Positions 57,422 to 64,000 of a DNA stretch of 64,000 nt are shown one piece after another (positions within the stretch are counted from its first letter, which is position 1; each line of letters starts with the position of its first letter). The stretch lies in the NCBI GenBank assembly GCA_040755395.1, contig JBFMAX010000010.1, forward strand, positions 26,136 to 90,135, given 5' to 3'. Below the pieces are notes generated by a model. It saw nothing but the letters and a program-made list of their open reading frames with translations, was not told the origin of the DNA and searched no databases. This DNA comes from Nitrospirota bacterium. GTDB lineage: Bacteria > Nitrospirota > Nitrospiria > Nitrospirales > Nitrospiraceae. The position numbers and the translations under genes are program-made.

Positions 57422-57927
57422 CCCGTCCACCAGCTCTTAGCTATCAGCCTTCCGCTGCCAGCTTCCCCTACATTCTCCTCCTCCTTCATTTGAATATTCA
57501 CGTACAACTGACCGTTGCGTCTCACGACCTGATAGCGATCCAGCGGGCGCGGCGGCGGGCCGGCGATGTTGCGCCCGGTTTTGTCGAACACGCCCTGGTG
57601 GCACGGACACACGAACTGCCCGCGTTCCTTGCTCCAAGAAACCAGACAGCCGAGATCAGTGCAGCGCCGGGAAAAGGCCGTGATCCCTTCCTCGGTCTTG
57701 AGCACCATGATCTTATGACCGCCGAGATTCATCGGCACCGGTTCGCCCATCGGCACGCGCGCTTCGGCTCCGATCAAGACCGCTTCGTACTGTCTCGGCT
57801 TTTGGCTCGGCACCAGGAACTGCATAAAACGCAGCGCCAGCGCGCCCATCCCGAAGAGCGCCCCGAACGCCATCACGGCCTGGCTCAGAAACCGGCGCCG
57901 CCCGATGTCGTTGTGAATCACAGCCAT
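57418..57927 (-). CDS. Rieske-type [2Fe-2S] protein with an atypical box I (C-T-D-L-G-C)
   Basis: Twin-arginine signal GRRRFLSQAVMAFGALFG. Box I is CTDLGC (tgc act gat ctc ggc tgt, read directly) and box II is CPCH. Confidence 0.85.
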   Translation of the reverse strand: MAVIHNDIGRRRFLSQAVMAFGALFGMGALALRFMQFLVPSQKPRQYEAVLIGAEARVPMGEPVPMNLGGHKIMVLKTEEGITAFSRRCTDLGCLVSWSKERGQFVCPCHQGVFDKTGRNIAGPPPRPLDRYQVVRRNGQLYVNIQMKEEENVGEAGSGRLIAKSWWTG

Positions 57928-57943
57928 GGGAACCGCCGGGAAT

Positions 57944-58025
57944 CGTTCATCGTGAATCGTGAATCGGAGAGGCCTTTCTTACGTTTAACGAATAACGTTT
58001 CACGTTTAACGTCGTCACGAATACG
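57944..58025. repeat. Heptamer-periodic inverted repeat array (CGTKAAY / RTTMACG family)
   Basis: Left arm cgttcat cgtgaat cgtgaat. Right arm tttaacg aataacg tttcacg tttaacg tcgtcacg aatacg. Confidence 0.85.
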
Positions 58026-59181
58026 CCTTCTCCCCATGCTGCGCCAGATCGAGGCCCAGAATTTCGGCCTCCTGGTCGACGCGCGACGGCATCAGCCGCT
58101 GAAGGGCTTTGATCAAGAGCATCGTCATCACACCGGCGTAGGCCCAGGCCACGACAGCGGCAACCACCTGGGCCACGAACTGATAAGGATAGCCGTAGAA
58201 CAGGCCGTCGCTCCCGTCGGGATTGACTGCCGTAGAGGCGAACAACCCGGTAGAGATCATGCCCCACGTCCCGCCGACGCCGTGCATGCCGAACACATCC
58301 AGCGAGTCGTCGTACCCCAAGATCGGCTTCACAAAGTTCACGGCCATATAACACAGCCCTCCGGCCCCGATGCCGATCACCATCGCCGACAGCGGACCGA
58401 CATAGCCGGCCGCCGGCGCGATCGCCACCAGGCCGGCCACGGCCCCGCTGACCGTGCCCAACGCCGTCGGCTTGTCCCGTTGCAGCCACTCCGCAGCGGT
58501 CCAGGCCAATGCAGCGGAAGCCGCAGCCAATTGAATCGCCACGAACGCGCCGGTGACTGCCGTCATCGATGCCGCACCCGGTCTGCCTGCAAAACCCCAC
58601 CACCCCACCCACATGAAGCCTGCGCCGCAGATCGAGAGGGGAAGATGATGCGGCATCATGTCCGTCCGTCCGAATCCCTTCCGCGGTCCGATCAGGATCG
58701 CAGCCACCAGGGCCGCCACCCCGGCGCTAATGTGGATGACCGCCCCTCCGGCGAAGTCCAGGCTGCCCAGATTGGCCAGCCACCCGCCGCCCCAGAGCCA
58801 GGACGCCAACGGCGCGTAGACCAGCGCCATCCATAACGTCCCGAACAGCAGAAAGAACGGCAATCGGATCCGCTCCACCACCGCGCCGGCTACCAGTGCG
58901 AGCGCCAACGCCGCGGCCACGGCGGAAAAGATCGACGGCAACGAGCCGGCATCCTGCCCCGAATCGGGTGCCAACCCGACCGCACGGCTCACACCCGACG
59001 CGTCGTCGGCACACAGCCATCCGATCGACGCCAGCAAGAGCGCCGAGAGGGGAAGCGCCATGGCGTTGAGCGCGTTCTTCCTCCGCACCATCCCGCTGTA
59101 AAACAGCGCCACGCCCGGAATGGTCAGGAGGGTGAACGTGTTGGCGACGAGCAGCCAGAGAATCTGGTCGGAACGAGCCAT
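58015..59181 (-). CDS. amt: Ammonium transporter (Amt family)
   Basis: MARSDQILWLLVANTFTLLTIPGVALFYSGMVRRKN...LDFAGGAVIHISAGVAALVAA. ATG 59181 overlaps the upstream TAA (TAATG). Confidence 0.9.
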   Translation of the reverse strand: MARSDQILWLLVANTFTLLTIPGVALFYSGMVRRKNALNAMALPLSALLLASIGWLCADDASGVSRAVGLAPDSGQDAGSLPSIFSAVAAALALALVAGAVVERIRLPFFLLFGTLWMALVYAPLASWLWGGGWLANLGSLDFAGGAVIHISAGVAALVAAILIGPRKGFGRTDMMPHHLPLSICGAGFMWVGWWGFAGRPGAASMTAVTGAFVAIQLAAASAALAWTAAEWLQRDKPTALGTVSGAVAGLVAIAPAAGYVGPLSAMVIGIGAGGLCYMAVNFVKPILGYDDSLDVFGMHGVGGTWGMISTGLFASTAVNPDGSDGLFYGYPYQFVAQVVAAVVAWAYAGVMTMLLIKALQRLMPSRVDQEAEILGLDLAQHGEKAYS

Positions 59182-59414
59182 TAGGCTGCGGCTCTCTTGA
59201 GAGAGACTCGATACTCGCAACGCCGGACCGGCTGAAGCGAGACCATCCCGGCTCGGCTCAGCCGGTCGACCGCCAGAAATACCTGCGACCAACTGGCATC
59301 GGTCAAAAAATAGGCGAGTGCTTCCAACGTCTGCGGGTTTTGCGCGCGCAAGGCCTCAAGAACCCGCTCCTCGGTGGACGTGCAATGGATAAAGTCGTGG
59401 GCTGACGCGCTCAT
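59181..59414 (-). CDS. Small (77 aa) winged-helix-like protein translationally coupled to amt
   Basis: GGGAGG lies 5 nt before ATG 59414. MSASAHDFIHCTSTEERVLEALRAQNPQTLEALAYFLTDASWSQVFLAVDRLSRAGMVSLQPV. The family assignment is only fold-level. Confidence 0.5.
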   Translation of the reverse strand: MSASAHDFIHCTSTEERVLEALRAQNPQTLEALAYFLTDASWSQVFLAVDRLSRAGMVSLQPVRRCEYRVSLKRAAA

Positions 59415-59438
59415 GATGACCTCCCTTGCAGAGAGATC

Positions 59439-59454
59439 AGCAACTCCGGTGCCA
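59439..59454 (-). promoter_or_regulatory. Sigma54 (RpoN) promoter
   Basis: Minus strand cTGGCAC-cggag-TTGCTg, an exact match to TGGCAC-N5-TTGCW. Lies 24 nt upstream of ATG 59414. Confidence 0.7.
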
Positions 59455-59515
59455 GGACGCATCTGCCGAAAACTCCCACGAATGCAGACCATCGCGCCGA
59501 AAGGCGACACCGGCA

Positions 59516-59529
59516 CGACAATTTTGTCG
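59516..59529. promoter_or_regulatory. 14-nt perfect palindrome CGACAATTTTGTCG upstream of the sigma54 promoter (candidate activator site)
   Basis: Centre lies ~75 nt upstream of the -24 element. Confidence 0.35.
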
Positions 59530-59670
59530 GAAAACAGACAAAAAGGAAGGGAGGCAGACAGAGGGTGGCCCCGCTTTCCGCTGTGCTCGCGCAACGCGCG
59601 CAAGATCCATTTTCCGAAAGCGGGCGGTCCGGGGGGCCCATTGCGCTTCAAATGCTGCCGGGAGCGTCGG

Positions 59671-60060
59671 TCAGCAGGTGGGAATGGACCTTGTACGGGC
59701 CAGGTAGGAAGCCACGAATTCGTTGAGGCGCGCCTCGGCTTCGGGAGCGATCCTGACGATTTGCAGTCCGAATTCGAGGCCGTTCATCCAGCGGACGGCT
59801 GCTCGTTCCACGTCCAGAGGCCTCGGGTCATTCGGAAGAAACACGCGCAGGGTGAGGTTCATATCGAGGTAGATCGGGTGGTTGCCTTCGATACGATAGC
59901 CGTTGATGGACAGGTCGGACACGGTTCCGGTCCCCATGAAATCTTCAGCGAGGTAGTAGACGAAGCATCGCACGGGGATTCGACGGTACAGCCGCTTGCT
60001 TGGGCGGTCGCCCATGCCGTCGTTCTGTCTCTCTGATCCGGAGGTTGAGCCCATGGTCAT
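59671..60060 (-). CDS. PilZ-domain protein
   Basis: RLYRRIPVR (RxxxR) and DLSINGYRI (D.S..G) c-di-GMP-binding motifs. Confidence 0.75.
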   Translation of the reverse strand: MTMGSTSGSERQNDGMGDRPSKRLYRRIPVRCFVYYLAEDFMGTGTVSDLSINGYRIEGNHPIYLDMNLTLRVFLPNDPRPLDVERAAVRWMNGLEFGLQIVRIAPEAEARLNEFVASYLARTRSIPTC

Positions 60061-60181
60061 GATTTCCCGGCCTACTTAAACTTAAAGCGTTTCGGCAGCG
60101 GTTGGACATCCGTGTGGACGAGCAGATGTCGCCGCAAGGCGGCTTGTGCGACGTCGATCATCATTCATCATTGCAACCCCG

Positions 60182-60376
60182 TTAGGCACAGGTCCCGGCT
60201 AAAACGGCCAGGGTCACGAACTCCACAAGACTGAACATATCCACGGTCTCCTTGCCTGGCATACGGTCATCGTTTTGTCCCTCATCACAAAGCATAGAAG
60301 GAACCGAGACGGGACGGTATTCCCCGAAGAACCTACCTCCAAAGGAGGGATACGGGTTCCAATCGCCTTCTGCCAC
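60182..60376 (-). CDS. Doubtful small ORF; possibly only the last 18 codons (MFSLVEFVTLAVLAGTCA) are translated
   Basis: AAGGAGA lies 8 nt before ATG 60238. The region has lower GC. No family was recognised. Confidence 0.2.
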   Translation of the reverse strand: MAEGDWNPYPSFGGRFFGEYRPVSVPSMLCDEGQNDDRMPGKETVDMFSLVEFVTLAVLAGTCA

Positions 60377-60550
60377 ACCACCAAAGGCTCACGAATTACC
60401 TAGACAACCTCATTAGTTACAAACTTATCCCCAGGGGAACACTATCAACCGTTCCGGAGTGGAAAAGAGGAAGGACTGTGTGCTCCAAAGTAGGGATGGA
60501 CGGCGGGTCATAAAGGAATGCCCTGGATCGCCCTTAGGCGAAGTGGCAGG

Positions 60551-62461
60551 CTAGAAGGGCGAGTCAAGAACCGCGCGGACTTTCTCCAGCAGCACGTCCG
60601 GCGTGAACGGTTTCTGGACGAAAGCCGGAACCGGATCGGATGGATCCCGACGGAGTGCGACGTGATCGGTGTATCCGGACATATACAGCACTTTGATCTG
60701 CGGACGGATCGACTGGGACAGTGTCGCCAATTCCCGGCCGTTCATCCCGGGCAGCAACACATCGGTCAGCAGCAAGTGAATGGGACCCGAGTGCTCGCGA
60801 CAGAGCGACACCGCTTCTTCGCCGCTTTGCGCTTGAAGGACGGCGTAGCCGTTGGATTCCAGGATCGTGCAGACCAGGGCGCGCACCATGCCGTTGTCTT
60901 CGACGACCAGCACGGTTTCGGATACGCTCGGGGCACGGCTGCGAACCGCTGCTTCCTCCCCGATGCGAACGTCGGTAACGCGCGGAAAGTACAGTTTGAA
61001 GGTCGTGCCCCGACCCAGCACGCTGTCGACGGTGATGAACCCGCCGCTTTGCTTGACGATCCCGTATACGGTCGACAACCCCAGCCCCGCGCCCTGCCCG
61101 GGCTTGGTGGTAAAGAACGGATCGAACACATGCGCCAGAGTATGGGAGTCCATACCCATCCCCGTGTCCCGGACCAGCAGGCGAACGTACAGACTCGGCT
61201 CGATATGCGGACCTGGTCCGATATCGGCGGCCACCACGTTGGCCGTTTCCAATGTCAGCGTACCGCCTCCGGACATCGCTTCACGGGCGTTGACTGCCAG
61301 ATTTACCAGCACCTGTTCAAGTTGGCCGGGATCGATTTTCACGCCGCCGACGCCGGAACCGGAGACCACGACCAAGGCGATGTCGTCGCCTAACAACCGG
61401 CGCAACAGGTCGGCGTAGTCGGCCAGGACCGCGTTCAAGTCCAGAAGTTTGGGTTGCACCACCTGCTTCCGGCTGAACGTGAGGAGTTGATCGGTCAGCT
61501 TGCTCGCTTGTTCACCGGCTTTCTTGATCTCCGTGACATATCCGCGAAGCGGGTCCGGCCGGTTAAGCCGGCTGAGGATCAGTTCGCAATAAGCTGTGAC
61601 GACGGTGAGCAGATTGTTGAAATCGTGCGCCACCCCTCCGGCAAACCGCCCCAGCGCTTCCATTCGCTGAGCGTCACGCAGGTGCTGCTCCAATTGCCGC
61701 CGCTCCGTGATGTCCACCAACATCGTGACCATCGGGGAATCAGCCGCCGCACCAAGGACCTTCATGAAGACGAGGGCCGCGCGGATGTCGCCGCTCCTGC
61801 GCCGGAATGCGCATTCGACGTTTGAAACCGCGCCTTCGTCGCGCAGTCTCTTGAGGATCTTGTCCCGTTCAGCCGGAACGGCCCAGAGGTTCAGCTCCTG
61901 AACGGTCTTCCCGATCATCTCCTCCGGTGCATATCCGAACAGCTCGGCATAGCGCTCGTTCACCTCGAGGAGCCGACCCTCGACCGTGCCCAAGCTGATC
62001 GGAATCGGACCTGCCCGGAACACGGCGGTGAGTCTTTCCCGGGCTCGTTCCTCCTTCGCTTGTTCTCGCCGGAGTTTGCCGCACTCGGCCGCCTCGTTCA
62101 GTTCCCGCTCAATCGTGGACACCAGCGACGAGAGGTCTTCTTTCAAACACAGGTTTCTGGCGCCGGCCCTGATCAGCGAAACCGCCGCCTTTTCGCCGAT
62201 CCGATCGGAGACGATCAGGAGAGGCACATCGAGTCCTTTGCGCTTCAACACCGACAGCGCCCCGAGCGCGCTGAATTCCGGCAAGACGTGATCGGCGAGG
62301 ATGAGGTCCCAGGGTTGGCGTTCCACAGCCTCTTCAAAAGCGGGTTCGATGGCCACTCGTTCCACCGACGGCTCATACCCCCCGCGCTGCATGGCCTGCG
62401 CCAGCCGTTCGACTTCTTCGTCCGATTCGTTGACGCAGAGGACGCGGAGGAGCCTGCCCAT
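60551..62461 (-). CDS. Hybrid sensor kinase/response regulator (REC-PAS-HisKA-HATPase-REC)
   Basis: ATG 62461 (MGRLLRVLCVNESDEE...DLILADHVLPEF). PAS motif NERYAELFGYAPEEMIG. H-box GGVAHDFNNLL. DTGMGM and GQGAGLGLS. C-terminal receiver LLLTDVLLPGMNG. Confidence 0.85.
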   Translation of the reverse strand: MGRLLRVLCVNESDEEVERLAQAMQRGGYEPSVERVAIEPAFEEAVERQPWDLILADHVLPEFSALGALSVLKRKGLDVPLLIVSDRIGEKAAVSLIRAGARNLCLKEDLSSLVSTIERELNEAAECGKLRREQAKEERARERLTAVFRAGPIPISLGTVEGRLLEVNERYAELFGYAPEEMIGKTVQELNLWAVPAERDKILKRLRDEGAVSNVECAFRRRSGDIRAALVFMKVLGAAADSPMVTMLVDITERRQLEQHLRDAQRMEALGRFAGGVAHDFNNLLTVVTAYCELILSRLNRPDPLRGYVTEIKKAGEQASKLTDQLLTFSRKQVVQPKLLDLNAVLADYADLLRRLLGDDIALVVVSGSGVGGVKIDPGQLEQVLVNLAVNAREAMSGGGTLTLETANVVAADIGPGPHIEPSLYVRLLVRDTGMGMDSHTLAHVFDPFFTTKPGQGAGLGLSTVYGIVKQSGGFITVDSVLGRGTTFKLYFPRVTDVRIGEEAAVRSRAPSVSETVLVVEDNGMVRALVCTILESNGYAVLQAQSGEEAVSLCREHSGPIHLLLTDVLLPGMNGRELATLSQSIRPQIKVLYMSGYTDHVALRRDPSDPVPAFVQKPFTPDVLLEKVRAVLDSPF

Positions 62462-62612
62462 CGAAAAAGCCGCTTTCGAGGTGTGAGCGAAAGGATTACA
62501 CACATACCCCCTTGCGCCTCGCGAACTCAACTGGAAAATCGCGCTCCCCCCAAAAGAGGAAGGGGGTAGGAATCCAGAGGGGGCCCGGGTGGGGAAACCA
62601 GACGCGGCTGCC

Positions 62613-63935
62613 TTACGAGTACGCGCGCTCGTTGTGTTGGCTGATATCCAACCCGATCGACTCCTCCTCGGGCGACACCCGGAGACCCACTGCGCGTTGC
62701 ACCACCTTCAGAATCGCAAACGTTCCCGCACAGGAAAACGCCGCGACCGTGAGCGCAGCCAACATCTGGACCCCGAACAAGCCGGGGTTGCCGAAGAAGA
62801 GACCGTCGGCGCCGCCGGGGTTGACGGCCTTGGAAGCAAACAGTCCTGTGGCGAGAATGCCGAAGATGCCACCGACGCCATGGATGCCGACGACGTCCAG
62901 CGAGTCGTCATAGCCGAACTTCCCTTTCCAGATGATCCCGAGATAACTCAGAACGCCGGCCGCCAATCCGATCACCAGCGCGGAGAACGGCCCCACATAG
63001 CCGGCGCCCGGCGTGACCGTCGCAAGGCCGGCAATGGCGCCGCTAGCGACCCCCAAGACCGTCGGCGTTCCCCGATGGACCCACTCGATCAGCACCCAGG
63101 CCAACGCCCCGGCCGCCGCCGCGGTGTGCGTGGCGACAAACGCCGTCACTGCGGTTTGATTCGCCCCAAGGGCGCTGCCCGCGTTGAAGCCGAACCACCC
63201 GAACCAGAGCAGCCCCGTCCCTAAGAGCGTCATCGGGAGATTGTGCGGCGCCATGTAATCGGTTCCGTAGCCGTGACGCACGCCGAGCGCCAGCGCGCAG
63301 ACAAGGGCGCTGACCCCGGAGCTGATATGCACGACGGCGCCTCCGGCGAAATCCAGCGCCCCCAGGCTCCCCAGCCACCCTCCGCCCCACAGCCAATGAG
63401 CGACCGGCGCGTACACAAACAGGGACCAGAGCGCGGCGAACAACACCAGCGCGCCGAATTTCATCCGCTCGGCGAAGGCGCCGGTAATCAAGGCCGGGGT
63501 GATCGCCGCAAACATGAGTTGAAACACCATGAACGCTTGATGGGGAACGGTGGGACCGTAGGTTGCGTGCGGCGCCATCCCCACCCCGTTCAACCCGACC
63601 CAGTCGAGCCCGCCGATGACGCCCCATAGATCGGGACCGAAGGCCAGACTGTACCCGACCGACACCCACAGCACACTGACCAGACACAGAATGACGAAAC
63701 TCTGCATGATCGTCCCGAGCACGTTCTTGCTCCGGACCAGACCGCCGTAAAACAGCGCCAGGCCCGGCACGATCATCGCCAGCACCAAGGCCGACGAGAC
63801 CAACACCCACGCCGTGTCCGCGGCATTGACCGCGGCTGCGCCGGCCGCAGACGATCCCTCCTGCGCCCAGGTTGTTTCTCCGACGATCAATGAAATCCCC
63901 CATAGGCACGCCGCCCTCCGTCCGGTCTTCTGCAT
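62613..63935 (-). CDS. amt: Ammonium transporter (Amt family) with a signal peptide
   Basis: MQKTGRRAACLWGISLIVGETTWAQE..., then LDFAGGAVVHISSGVSALVCA. 440 aa. Confidence 0.9.
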   Translation of the reverse strand: MQKTGRRAACLWGISLIVGETTWAQEGSSAAGAAAVNAADTAWVLVSSALVLAMIVPGLALFYGGLVRSKNVLGTIMQSFVILCLVSVLWVSVGYSLAFGPDLWGVIGGLDWVGLNGVGMAPHATYGPTVPHQAFMVFQLMFAAITPALITGAFAERMKFGALVLFAALWSLFVYAPVAHWLWGGGWLGSLGALDFAGGAVVHISSGVSALVCALALGVRHGYGTDYMAPHNLPMTLLGTGLLWFGWFGFNAGSALGANQTAVTAFVATHTAAAAGALAWVLIEWVHRGTPTVLGVASGAIAGLATVTPGAGYVGPFSALVIGLAAGVLSYLGIIWKGKFGYDDSLDVVGIHGVGGIFGILATGLFASKAVNPGGADGLFFGNPGLFGVQMLAALTVAAFSCAGTFAILKVVQRAVGLRVSPEEESIGLDISQHNERAYS

Positions 63936-64000
63936 AATTCTGTCCCGCTCCTTTCGGGGTCCGGAGCGCCACGCGGGACAAGTCAGCGCGGCGCTCCCGA

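Noticed and set aside
60181-60187. Third attC site suggested by GTTAGGC/GCCTAAC overlapping a stop codon
   Set aside because: No complementary L boxes and no GTTRRRY partner were found within 150 nt. A single 7-mer match is expected by chance; for example, gcctaac also occurs inside the repeat at 32877-32883.

Overview
64 kb, high-GC, almost fully coding chromosome segment. The gene content looks like a Nitrospira-type (Nitrospirota) genome, but the taxon is inference only. That content is LPS/lipid A and BamA genes, a complete Dop/PafA/Arc/20S proteasome cluster, an octaheme cytochrome c beside a Rieske/cytochrome b module, and two Amt transporters. Left to right: (1) waaA(partial)-DUF374-msbA-lpxB-oxidoreductase-lpxI-lpxA-fabZ-skp-skp-bamA on the minus strand. 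(2) galU, lon, thiL, DUF2062 and an HD phosphohydrolase on the plus strand. (3) A ~3.9 kb islet (18.4-22.3 kb) of visibly lower GC with two attC-like sites and small or decayed cassette genes. (4) A GAF hybrid kinase. (5) M23 peptidase-pafA-prcA-prcB-dop-arc. (6) thiE-thiG-thiS. (7) ctpA, an envC-like gene, ftsX, ftsE. (8) yraN-rnhB-rplS-trmD-rimM-rpsP-ffh. (9) uvrB. (10) rpoH-groES-groEL. (11) A split, divergently transcribed glnE pair. (12) A CBS protein. (13) Octaheme cytochrome c, cytochrome b, Rieske, amt and a small wHTH gene behind a consensus sigma54 promoter. (14) PilZ, a REC-PAS hybrid kinase and a second amt. The strongest non-genic signal is families of 7-nt-periodic repeats arranged as inverted arms at most intercistronic junctions. 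Other notable points: a Rieske protein with Asp replacing the first cluster His; no Pup/UBact gene in the dop-prcB slot; a ThiS ORF that reads past its GGG end; and an A9-tract frameshift in the DUF374 gene. Many long ORFs in the track are antisense or out-of-frame shadows of real genes. Many true starts lie downstream of the first start codon in the track. No rRNA, tRNA or CRISPR was seen.
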